DNA of 64,000 nt from Cyanophora paradoxa CCMP329 (taxonomy: Eukaryota > Plantae > Glaucophyta): contig QPMI01000395.1 of assembly GCA_004431415.1 (NCBI GenBank), positions 248,001 to 312,000 of the forward strand, in the 5' to 3' direction. Within the stretch, counting starts at the first letter, position 1. Each line of letters starts with the position of its first letter. Below the pieces are notes generated by a model, which worked only from the letters and a program-made list of their open reading frames with translations, ran no database searches and had not been told where the DNA came from. The position numbers were made by a program, and so were the translations under genes. Shown here in pieces: positions 1 to 10,882 of the stretch.

Positions 1-1223
1 GGCGTACCTCGCTGCCCTCCGCGAGAACCTCCGGCCCTCCACACAGATCGGTGCGGCTTCATTATAACCTGTCCGCCTCTCAGAGTCTTCTTCTCACGCT
101 TTTCAGTGTTCTTCATCCTGCCGAAGAATGCGAAGGACAGCATGTACGAGGACATCAAGGGCGGGACGATCCCGACCTGCGGGGCCGTCACGCAGTGCGT
201 CAAGGCGGAGAGCCTGGTGCGGCCCTTCTTGCCTGCCTTCCCTCTTTTCGGTGCCGCCCCTGACGGAGGGCGCAGAGCAACCCCGGGAAGATCCTGCAGG
301 TCGTCCAGGGCATCATCCGGCAGGCGCGCCGGCGCCCGGGAGATCGAAGCCGCTCGGGCCGGGCGAGCGGGGGCGGTTGATCGAGATCGGGTCGCCTGCG
401 CAGGTCGTCTCCAAGTGCGGGGGCGAGGCTTGGCGCGCAGACCCCACGCGCACCATCGCCCCGCGCGGCCTCGGTGCGGCACTTTACTGAGCCTTAAAGC
501 AGCTTTTAAGCTTTAAAGCGGTTTTAAAATAGCAGTTATTCAAACTTCGACTCGGACTTTACGCAGGGGACCTGTGCGTCGGGCTGGCGACGTGCCGCTC
601 GACACGGCAGCCGGGGCACATCGTGGTCGCCGCCGTCTGCGTCGACGCCCGCACCTACAAGCAGTGCGCGCCCGCTCGCGCGCGCGCGGCCTCCATCCAG
701 CCCGCCGCCGACGGCGCGCGCGCGTCGCAGGCTTGCGTCGGACGTGCGGAGCGTGCCGGCGGACGCGGACCGCGATCGGCGGTCGGAGGCGGCGGCGGTG
801 GGCGAAGTCGTCGCCGCCGTCCTCTCCGACGCGGCGCTCAAGGCCGGCGCCCCGGCCGCCTCCGCCTCCGCCTCGGTGCGGGCCTTTATCTTCCGGCGGG
901 ACGTGGACCGCCGCCGGCTGCGCGACGTCGAGCTGCCCGCCGTCCGCGCCGCCGTCGGGCGGGAGCTCCCGGGAGCCCTCCTGGGGTACGCCGTCTCCGG
1001 CAAGGCCAAGCAGCGCGCGTACTTCGTGCCGGAGGGCGCCAGCGCCGCCGACCCCCGCAACATCCGGAACCCCCCCGGTGCGGGCCTGCACGAACCCACG
1101 TACCCCCTCCCCTGCGGTCCGAATTCGCGTACCCCCCGCAGCGGGCCTCTGCGTCACGGGGGCGGGGGCCCCCGCCGACCCCGACGCCGCCTCGAGCTTC
1201 CTCGTCACCCACAGGTGGACTGT

Positions 1224-1256
<33 letters not shown>

Positions 1257-1730
1257 CCCTTCGCCGCTCACCCTCCCCAGCTCGCTGCCCGAGTCGAAGG
1301 GAACGCCCATCCTCTCCCAGTACACAGTGCGCGCGCGCGCCCGCGCGCCGCGCCCTCCCCCTTCTCAATCCATCTATCTATCCATCTTTCTCCCGTCGCC
1401 GAGGCCGACCGGACCCACCCGCCCGCCGCAGATCCTGCAGGACGAAACAGGCCTCGAGAAGAAGGCGTGGGCGCAGCTGACCCAGAACCTCTGCTGCTGC
1501 GTGCGCCGCGCCCCGCCACGCCACGCCATGCCGCGCCTCGCGGCTGACCGGCAGCTGTACCCGGGCCGCTCACCCACCGCCCTGCGACGCAGTACCCCAA
1601 CCAGCCGAAGGCAATCAACGAGCCCGGGCCGCTGCGGATGGCGCAGCGGGAGGCCGAGCAGGTCGCCTCCTGCGTCGCCTCGGACGCCCCGCCCCACCCC
1701 AACCTCCTCGAGACCCCCTTTTACCTCTAG
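1..1730 (+). CDS. PIWI-clade Argonaute, 3' portion (MID-PIWI domains), multi-exon, 5' end outside window; slicer residues substituted
   Basis: Spliced translation: AYLAALRENLRPSTQIVFFILPKNAKDSMYEDIK..GAVTQCVKAESL..VVSKCGGEAW..LCVGLATC..RAFIFRRDV..RNPPG..SFLVTH..GTPILSQYT..ILQDETGLEKKAWAQLTQNLC..YPNQPKAINEPGPLRMAQREA..PHPNLLETPFYL* (TAG 1728-1730). Motif order and the C-terminus match Piwi proteins. Confidence 0.9.
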
Positions 1731-2207
1731 TCCGCCCTCGTTCCCGCGGTCCCGAACCCCTTCTCCCCCTACGGCCCTTTCCCGCTGCCCTCTTTCCTGC
1801 TTAGGCCCTTTAATTTCTTCAGCCCGGCCCTCTTTCGTCCCGTCTCAAGCCGCACACGGTCTTTTGAGTTTTTTCCTGTCCTGCTCTCTTAGCCTCCGGT
1901 TTTTTTTTTTGAAAATCAGTCAGATTACGTTCAGTCAATGAATCAATTGCAATACGTTTCTGAAGTCCTCTGAAGTCCGTTCCCCCTCACTTGGCCCCTC
2001 ACCGAAGCTTGAGCCCGAGTGCCCTAGGCCCTTTTATAATTAGCTTAAGCTTGCCTTTAAATTTGTGGTGTGGCGCAAAGTTTAGCTCTGGAAAATCGAT
2101 CGGTTAGCGGTTGCACTTGATCATAAGCGCTAGGTAATCCTACACATACTTTGGACCTGTTCCTACTGAGGCTCCTGAAAATATCGAGAGCATGCCAGCG
2201 ACTGCTT

Positions 2208-3706
2208 CTAGCACGGCGCGGCTGCAGCTGCGGCGCGGGCGGCGGCGGCGGCCTTCCTTGCCAGGATCAAGTTGCTTTTGGGGAAGCCGCGCCGCTTGCG
2301 CTCCAGCACGAACCAGGCTACGACCTGCAGGACACAGACCCTTAGCTGGAAAAACTTGAGGAGCGCGTCTCAGCAATAATAATGAAATCGCATAAACGTT
2401 AACGTAATCAAGCAAATTTCGCGGCGGACCTGCTGTCCCTTCTCGAGCCCCAGCTCCGCCGCCGCGGCGCGGGCGTTGGCCGCCGAGATACGCCCTTGGT
2501 GCTTGTCGAAAAGAGCTTGCAGAGCCTGTACCTGCGTCCGAAGTCGGCGAAGAGGCGAGCGGGATTTGATCGGATATCTAGATGCGATTTTCGAAGGAGA
2601 AGAGCGCTATAAAATCCCTGCCTGCTCGGCCGTCTTCTGGCGGGCGCGGGGCTGCCCCTGAGCCTTCTTGCTGAGCCGCGAAAGATACCTGCAAGCGAAA
2701 ATACAAGGACGTCGACGATATGAATCTCAGCGGCGGTGCGCGCGCACTGTCCGATCGTCTGAGAGCGAATGTGGAGCGCTAGAGGGAGTAGGACCAAGAG
2801 GCCGTCGAAAACCTTGCGGTACTCTTCTCCAAAGCGCTCCCAAATTCGCCGCACAACCTGCCAAGAAATTAGCGATTTCGAAGATGTTGGCATTGATCAT
2901 GAAGCTCGAGCGGATACCTGCTCTTCGTGGGACCCTTCCGGAAGGGCCATGCCTTCGAAATGATCTCGTTCGGGGTCCAGTTTACTCCAGAGAGTCTCGC
3001 CATTGAACGTCTTCAGCCCTTCGCCGACATAGAGAGACTCTCGAAGCTTGGGAATGCCTTCGATGGCTTTTTCGATAGAAGAAGCCTGGCAGAGATCAAA
3101 TTTAAAAGTGGCATATAAATAAAACGAAGGCACCTGGTTAATGGCAGCGAGGCTGGCTGCGAGCCACTGGTCCTTGCGGGCCTTGAGCTCGTCCTCGAGC
3201 CTGCGGCGCGCCGCGGGGCTGAGCTTGTCCGCCCCGCCGCCGATAGAGGGATCCCGCTTCCGCGCAGCGTCGATCACAGCCTTGCCCGCCTCGATTCTGC
3301 ACGCGGTTGATGTTACGTACGCTGAAATCGCAATTCTAGCGATCGGCAATTTTTCGCGCCATGGCCGGGCTGGCGCACCCTCTGCGCGCAACGCACTTCT
3401 TCACTGCCTCGTATACTTCGGGGGGAATTTGCATCGCCATGCAGTCAAAGCTGCGCGCCGTGGTGAAAAGGCGACTGAATTTCGGCGCGAGATCTCGAGA
3501 GCGCAGCCGCACGCGTACGTGCGAGAAAACTGGCGGCCCTCGGCATCCACGTTGTTGCTGCGCTCTGTGTTGCCGAAGAGCGCGGCATGGTGATTCCAGC
3601 GCGGCCGAAATGCGCACCTGAAAACTCCCGGCGGGTTCTCGGCTCCCATCATCTGCTGCTGGAGCAGGTAGTACGATCTCGTTTCGAGGTACGCGGTCAG
3701 CGACAT
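2208..3706 (-). CDS. Atypical homeodomain protein, paralog A (about 9 exons; 5' exon phase uncertain)
   Basis: The last three exons splice to KKAQGQPRARQKTAEQ|VQALQALFDKHQGRISAANARAAAAELGLEKGQQ|VVAWFVLERKRR, a homeodomain pattern (Q12, L16, F20, LGL, Q44-V45, W48-F49, R53). Exons are conserved with paralog B and show many synonymous changes. Confidence 0.7.
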
Positions 3707-4269
3707 GGCGCCCGGCGCCGTCGAAGAATTAAGCTCGTCGAATCGAGTATACGTAGGCTCGAGGGAGGCCGGCCAGAATTCGAATTTTGAAGTTCCGAGG
3801 AGCCTCGGAGATTACAATCAAAAGGGACTGGAGGATCCGGAGTACATGCAAAGTGCGCGTGCATGATCGAGAGAAAAGGAAAACTAAACTCTAGCCTCCT
3901 TGATCGGGGGGAAAGAAAGGAAAATATGGGAACGTGGCACGCATATGCTTCCCGCTCCGCGCGAAAAACGGCGACATAAAATCTAGAGGAGCCCCGGCCC
4001 GCCCCGCGCGCCCCCTTCCGACGGTCGACGTCGCGGGTTCCGACTGTCCCCGAGTCGGGGCTGACTCGGGGGTCCGACCGCCCCCCCCCCCCCCCCCTTC
4101 CCCCCCTGCCTCCCCTCCCCCTCCCCCACCCCGCCTCCCCGCCTCCTCCCCATCTCCCAGCCGGCCAGCTTGGCAGCGCGGCGGACTCGATACCGCTGTG
4201 CTCAACTCGGTTCAGCACTATAGCTAGCGGGCGGGCGGGCGGGCGGGCGGGCGGGGCCGCAGGGGCGCC

Positions 4270-4863
4270 CTACTTGGCGGCGGGGCCGGGGGCGGCGCCA
4301 GCGGCCGGTGCCCCAGCCGCCCGTCGGCGGGAGGCCGTACTCGAGCGACGTGCAGAAGGTCTCGTCCAGCACCATCGCCTCGTCGTCCCCGGCCGTCTGG
4401 CGGGAGGGGAACGAGTTAGAGAGGGCGGGGCGGACTAGAGGAGAGGCTAGAGGCCTAGGGCCTCCAGTCGGCTCCGGAGGCGGACTCGAGCGGCTCGGAA
4501 CGGATACTATCAGCGGATGGGATCGGGCAGATACTATCTATCGGCAGGGCGGGGCGGGGCGTATGCGAGGGGGTGGGGGTAGGATCGGAGTACAGATAGG
4601 CAGACTTCTATCACGAAAAGTATACGTACGATAGCTATCCGGAAGCTGAAGCTATCCGGAAGCTATCAGGGCCGGACCTTGTCCTTGGCCTGCTCGGTGA
4701 AGCGCTGGCGCTGCACGATCGGGTCGTTCAGCTCTGCGGAGGCGTCAGGGGGATAGATGGAAGGGGGGGAGAGGGGGCAGGCACCGGTGTAGGCGTTGCA
4801 GAGCTCGTGGCAGTCGATGAAGAGCTCGAAGCGCTCCGTCAGGTTCGGCGACTCCCGGTGGCT
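4270..4863 (-). pseudogene. Duplicated, internally deleted 3' fragment of the lysyl-tRNA synthetase gene
   Basis: Exons [45 protein letters not shown] and [27 protein letters not shown], with introns, match 18290-18775. They join directly to the AAPGPAAK* tail (18042-18080). The intervening coding sequence and the whole 5' part are missing. Confidence 0.85.
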
Positions 4864-5475
4864 GCCCTCACGTAAGACGAGGGAGCGGGGCGGGGGGGGG
4901 AAGAGCTTGCAAGAGGCAGAGCAGGCGGGGCGGGGCCGGGCGGGGCCGGCCTGGCGCCGCGGCGGATCGGACCTCTGCGCGGAGGTGGCAGGGGACGCGG
5001 GGCAGCCCGCGTGGCTACGGGAGGCCCTCCTCAAGCTCTCCTTCTCCGCCGCCTGAGCCTCGGAGCCGCCCCGCGCGCGTGCTCCTCTTTGTGTCTGGAA
5101 CCTTGTAGAATCGAAATTACGCGGAGCGGTATCCAGATCTGATCATGCATCCTTTTCAGCCTCGCGATCGCTTATCCTTACCTCATCCTTCCATCCCCCC
5201 CTCGCTCGAATTCCTCTCATCTCTTCGAATTCCCTCCTCTCTTTCGGATCCTCAAGTCACTGCTGAGTGCCTCCCTTCGAGTTCGAATTCGGAGCAGTGT
5301 CGATCGACGTCTCCTAGCTATAATTAACCCCCTCGATCCCGGAGTACGTCCGGCTCTCTCCAACTCTAGATTTATTTTTATCTCTCTAGCGCTAGCTCGA
5401 GCTATACCTCTTCTCGGCTTATACTCTCTCTTTCTTCTCATCGACGTTAATTGCCCCATCGACGTCGACGGCGCC

Positions 5476-7114
5476 ATGTCGCTGACCGCGTTTCTCGAAA
5501 CGGGATCGGGTTACGTGCTCCGGCAGCAGATGATGGGAGCCGAGAACCCGCCGGGAATTTTCAGGTGAATTTCACGCGCCGCAAAATTTTCTACACCGTG
5601 CGCCGCGACGACACAGAACGCAGCGACAACGTGGATGGAGAAGGCCGTCAGTTTTCTCGCACGTGCGGCTGCGCTTTCGCGCAATCGACCCCGTGCGCGC
5701 TATTTTCATGATTTACGCGCAGGTTCGACTGCAAGGCGCTGCAAATCCCCCCAGAATTGTACGAGGCAGTGAAGGCCATCGTTGCGCGCAGAGGGTGCGC
5801 GGGGCTGGGTTTGGCCGTGGCGCGAAAACCTGCGCGAAAATATAATCTACGCAAAAACCTCAAACAATTGCAAAATTTCTAGCGCACGCTTGCATGCAGA
5901 ATCGAGGCGGGCAAGGATTTGATCGACGCTGCGCGGGAGCGGGATCCTTCTATCGGCGGCGGGGCGGACAAGCTCAGCCCCGCGGCGCGCTGCAGGCTCG
6001 AGGACGAGCTCAAGTCCCGCAAAGACCAGTGGCTCGCGGCCAGCCTCACTGCCATTAACCAGGTGCCTTAGCTTCGCTGCAGCTCACGGAAGAATTCAAT
6101 TAAACGTCTGCCAGGCTCCTTCAATCGAGGAAGCCATCGAAGGCATCCCCCACCTTCGAAAGACTCTCTACATCGGCCAAGGGCCGTACACAGCCCACGG
6201 CGAGACCCTCTGGACGACTCTGGACCCCGAACGGGACGAGTTTGAAGGCGGCGCCCTTCTCGAAGGGTCCCATGAAGAGCAGGTCTGTCTCTTCGAGCTC
6301 GAGATCAGTTTTGCGAATTCGCAGCTTCAGAGGTCTTTCCTTGAACGAAATTTCGATTTAGAGCCATCGTCTGCTATTCACAATATTAATCAGCGTCGCG
6401 CAATCTCTCCTCCGGAGTCCGGACTCGGAACTCATGCATGCGCAGGTCGTGCGGCGCATGTGGGAGCGCTTTGGAGACGACTGCCGCACTGTACGCAACA
6501 ATCTATGGCTCCGAGTCCCCATGCATCTCCACATTCGCCCTCAGACGATCGGACAGTGCGCGGGCGCTGCCGCCCTAATTTGGCACCAGCATACAAATGC
6601 CTACCGATTGCGAGGCCTCGTACAATATATTTAGGTGCTTTCATCTGCAGGTACTTGTCGCGGCTCAGCAGGAATGCTCAGGGGAAGCCACGTGCCGAGA
6701 GAAAGACGGTCGAGCAGGCAAGCTTAAGCTAGATTTAATAAGCTTCCTTCTTATTTTCAGCCGGACGCTCAGGTGCAGGCGCTTGAAGCGCTTTTCGACC
6801 GGCACAACGGGCGGATCTCGGCGCCCGACGCCCGCACCGCGGCCGCGGAGCTGGGGCTCGAGAAAGGGCAGCAGGTCCGCCGGGGGCAGCTTATACAATT
6901 ACGATGAAAATCTGCCCCCCGGGGTCCGCCGGGGGCAGCTTAGTTTCATCGGGGCAGCCGGGGGTCTTAATCACGATGAAACTTGATTAATTTTTATGCC
7001 ATACAGGTCCTGTCCTGGTTCGTGCAGGAGCGCAAGCGGCGCGGCATGCCCAAGAGCAGCGTGGTGCAGGCGAGACAGGCTTCCCGCGCCCGAGCCGCGG
7101 CAGCGCCGTACTAA
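5476..7114 (+). CDS. Atypical homeodomain protein, paralog B (possibly decaying)
   Basis: Inverted paralog of 2208-3706: PRAERKTVEQ|VQALEALFDRHNGRISAPDARTAAAELGLEKGQQ|VLSWFVQERKRRGMPKSS...APY* (TAA 7112-7114). Same intron positions, including a GC-AG intron. The exon-3 donor appears altered. Confidence 0.62.
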
Positions 7115-7164
7115 AGCGCTGGTCTCGAGCTCGTGCGATCGTTTTTCAGGATGTAGGCTATAGC

Positions 7165-7520
7165 TATAGCTAGCTCATGAACTGACCGATCTGATATTAT
7201 GCCGCTTTCTGCTCGGTGCTCTTTCTGCGCGGGGCTCGAGCTCTGCCCGCCCTAGGCCTCGCTCCCCCCGTCGTCCCACTGCGTCAGCAAATAATCGGGC
7301 ATCGCCTCCGCCTCCGCCTCCCCCCTCCCCCTTCCCCAGCCGGCCCAGCCCCAGCCCCTTCCCTCGATGATCTACTTGTTCTAGCGCCCCGCGCCCCGCG
7401 CCCCGCGCCCCGCGCCCCCATCGCATGGCAGCACGCTGGAATCGATACGCGTACGTATACCGCCTATAGCTACTCGGTTCAGCGCTTAGCTAGCGGGCGG
7501 GCGGGCGGGGCCGTGGGGGC
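7165..7520. repeat. Dispersed copy of the LysRS 3'-UTR/downstream region (17625-18030)
   Basis: The block tatgccgctttctgctcggtgctctttctgcgcgg...cccatcgcatggcagcacgctgga occurs at both loci. Confidence 0.85.
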
Positions 7521-7629
7521 GAGTCGGGGCTGACTCGGGGGTCCGACCGCCCGCCCACCCGCCCCCCCTCCCCCCCCCCCCCCCCCGCCCCCCCCCTTCC
7601 CCCCCTGCCTCCCCTCCCCCTCCCCCCCC

Positions 7630-8245
7630 TTTTTTTTTGTTGCAAAAATGACGATATATTGACGGCACTACCACATCAATCTATCGGGCCCTTCCGAAAG
7701 TAGACAAGTCGAATCTACCTAAACCGAAGTTTACCAGTCTGCCTCGCTACGAAGTAGAAAGTAGCAAAACAGCTGGCCATGAGCCCACCCTAAGAGAGTC
7801 CTGTCAATAGACTGCGCGAGCAAGGTTTCTCGTTTTCCGATAGCCTGCCTATCCAGCGAACAGCCTACAACAGGATGCATAAGAGCACATCCGTCTAAAG
7901 AGAGTCAGGAAGCAGGAAAGGATCTGCGAAGAAACCCAACCTCAGAGTAAGGCGGCGATGAAAAAGAAAACGTAGCGTCGCGCGTGTCGCCTACTCCTAC
8001 GTATACTTCTATATCTAGGGCGAGAAAAAGAGAAAGGAGGGCGACTGCGGGTGGCGTGCTTCGCCCCCAACTCCGCCCGCGGCGACCCACGAGGGGCCGC
8101 CGCTGGAGCGGTTTGCCAGGAGCGAGCCGCCACCGCGCGCCGGAGTCCCTCATCCTCGAGCTCCCGCCGCAGTACGTGAGGATCGATGCGCCCCTCCGCC
8201 CGTTTTCCCCCCTCCTCCGCCCGTTCCGGCCCCCCCCCCTCCCAT
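7630..8245 (-). mobile_element. Probable short poly(A)-tailed retroposed insertion
   Basis: Begins with a T-rich tract at 7630. It interrupts a C-rich block whose uninterrupted version is at 4050-4200 (left half 7520-7629, right half resumes near 8245-8330). Confidence 0.45.
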
Positions 8246-9678
8246 CCCCCCCCTCCCCCCCCGCCTCCCCGCCTCCTCCCCATCTCCCCAGCCGGCCAGC
8301 TTGGCAGCGCGGCGGACTCGATACCGCTGTGCCGCGGCCGCAGGACTCGCCCCCGCGACCTCCGTGATAAGGCGAGAGCTGGCCGCCCTAGCCCGGCGGC
8401 CGGCCGCGGCTCCTCGGGCTTCCGCACCGCAGCCAATAATCACGCATCCGTAGGCCGCCGCCCCCGCCGCGCCCCGCACTGCGGCAGCGCCTCGCGGCTG
8501 ACCCACCGGCAGGAACAATTTCGGCAGCGCCCGGCCCGGGCCGCAGATGCCTCCTACGCACGAGGTGCCGCCCCAAGACCGCCCCCCCCCCCCCCCCCCC
8601 CCCGGCGCCCCCGCCCCCTCCCTCCCCCCCACTTCCCCCCTCCCCCCCCCCCCCCCCCCCGCGTTCCCAGCCCGCCGCCGGATCCGCCCCCCTTCCCCTT
8701 CTCTACCCGCGCTCGTCAGCTCCATCCCACTGCCCGATGACTGCCCCATCTGCCTCCAACCCCTCTCCCGCCACCGCCGACTCCAACGCGCTCCCCGCCC
8801 TCTCCTCCGAGGCTCTGCCCTCCGCCCTTCCACGTCCTGTTCCACTGCGGCGACATCATCCTCTCCCGGCCCAGCTCATCTTCGGACTCTCCCCGCTCGG
8901 CTACAAGCCCTGACACCGCTCGGGGCCTGCCCTCAGGATGGGTTCTTCGGGCCCGTCTGCAGACGGGCCCCGGGGGTCCGTCCTCGGACGGGCCCCCCGG
9001 CCCGCTGCTCCACGCGGGCAGCCTCCTCCCAGCCCCAGCTCCCTCCCCCCTCGACCTACCTGCCTCGGCGGTGCCGAGGCCTAGGAGGCTCCGGATTTCC
9101 CGGGGCTGCTCACGTAGTTTGAGAGCTTGGGTCAGCGTAGGGTTATCCCTAGGGGTTCGTCTAGTCGGAGGCCCACAAGTGGGGAAGTAGACTAGCGTGT
9201 TGTGTTTTTTGGTAGGCTTAGGCCTAGGGTAGTACGATGGCACTGTAATAGCAGCAGCTGTTGTGTACTCGGGGCTCCGTCCCCTAATTATAATACACTA
9301 CTACTAGGCTACAGGATTACGTAAAAAAAAGCCGAAGGAGCTGCAGGGGAAGTAGGGAAACAGCCACTGAGCAGCAAATCATTGAAATGAACCCCATCGC
9401 ATGCATGCACTCTCCTGCTCATGCAGATCCTTGCTCGGACACTCTCTGGCGCACCCAACCAGACACACTTCGGTCCCTTGACACTGCATGCTGTGACACC
9501 AGAACCCCGCCCCCACCCCCCCCCTCCCCCCCCCCCCCCCCCCCCCCCACGGGCCCAAATTTTAAAGGGCCTCCCCACCTGCACTCCGAGGCTCCCCGCG
9601 AAAACGAGGCGAAAGGCCAATCCTTGAATTCACGAGAGACTCGCGATCGATTTCACATGCGCGGAAGCCCGATCCGTC

Positions 9679-10169
9679 TTAGGCGACGAGGAGACACTCG
9701 TCGACGTCGACGGCGGTGGCCTCGGCGAGGGACGCCTCCTGCGCGTCCGCCTCGAGCTCCTCCTCGACCTACGCGAGGCGCCAAACGAGCGGGCGTCAGC
9801 GGAAGCTTAAGTATGCGAGTGCTCGGGGCGGAAGCTTAAGCGGCGCGGGCGCACGGCGGCGAGATCGTCTTCGGCGGCCGCGGCCTGCGTCGACGTCTCG
9901 TCGTCGAGCTGGTTTCGTCCGTACTGCACTCGGTAACAGCTGCCGCCTTGGAACGTATAGGACATTTTGGCGTTGTCCTTGCAGAATTGGGTTCCACCCG
10001 TGCGGGTGTCGGCGTAAGTGTCTATCGATGGCCCGGAACAGTCGTACGTCGACCAACACCGGACGTCTGATGTTTGATCATCGGATGCGCGCGCGCGCCT
10101 TGTGAGAATGCGGCAACTGCAACGGAGCGGATCGGAGGGCGGGCACGCACTGGAAGAAGTGGTTCCCAT
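9679..10169 (-). CDS. Small 3-exon hypothetical protein with N-terminal MGxxxS motif and acidic tail
   Basis: Spliced reading MGTTSS|DVRCWSTYDCSGPSIDTYADTRTGGTQFCKDNAKMSYTFQGGSCYRVQYGRNQLDDETSTQAAAAEDDLAA|VEEELEADAQEASLAEATAVDVDECLLVA* using GT-AG introns; coding-like codon usage. Confidence 0.6.
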
Positions 10170-10576
10170 GTCGGAAGAAGTTTGAATTCCTGAGAAGAAG
10201 AGAGCTCGAGTAAGGTATGCGCTGCACTGCGGCAGCTGCTGGGCGAGAGGCGCCGAGAGCGGACCCGGCGGGCCGGCGGCGGCGCCGGCGCCCCGCCGGG
10301 CGGGCCGGGCGGGCCGCGGCCGGGGCGGCCCGGGCGGGCCGGGCCGCCCGGGCGGCCCGGGCCCCGGCCCCCGGGCCCCGGCCCCCGGGCCCCGGCTCGA
10401 GCTCGAACTTCGGAAAGCGTCGTCGAATGCATATGGTCAGTGGTCAGTGGTCACCGACTCACCGTCACGGCGCGCGTATACGTACGCGTATACTTTCGTT
10501 TTTTTTTAGTACATGGTCACCGAGTGCAGGCTGCTCGGAGGCTTCGGAGCCTACTACGTATATAATTGCAAGGGGG

Positions 10577-10850
10577 GTCAGCTATGTATGGCCTAGCGGT
10601 TGAAATCACGGTGCGGTTGTGCGGATAACCCGGTTCGACTCCCCTCGGTGGGATTTCGAGCCATATAGGGCCCGCCGGGGCGAGCCCCCGTAATCCGTCG
10701 ACCCCGCTAAAGTGGCAACGTGGCCGAATGCACTGCGATGGCGCAGCCAGAGGGGGGAGCCTATAAAGGCCCCCTAACGCGTGGCACTCCTCGGTCGCGT
10801 AGATAGAGGAGTGCCTGTGTACCCAAAAGACCCCGGCGGGGTCCCCTCCG
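10577..10850 (+). mobile_element. tRNA-derived SINE-like element or tRNA pseudogene
   Basis: Pol III A box TGGCCTAGCGG (10589-10599) and B box GGTTCGACTCC (10632-10642). tRNA stems do not pair. Downstream hairpins such as gcactcctc...gaggagtgc. Confidence 0.5.
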
Positions 10851-10882
10851 GAACGGCATCGATATCGATATCGACGTCGATC

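Noticed and set aside
2208-7114. Treating the inverted pair as TIRs of a Pack-MULE/foldback element
   Set aside because: The arms are diverged, with exon-biased, largely synonymous conservation typical of genes, and no TSD was seen.
8547-9330. RING-like CPICLQPL motif followed by an A8 tract
   Set aside because: The remaining ligands appear only with frameshifts, and the evidence is too weak to call a gene or a retroelement end.
10577-10660. Functional tRNA-His gene
   Set aside because: A and B boxes are present, but the acceptor and T stems do not pair.
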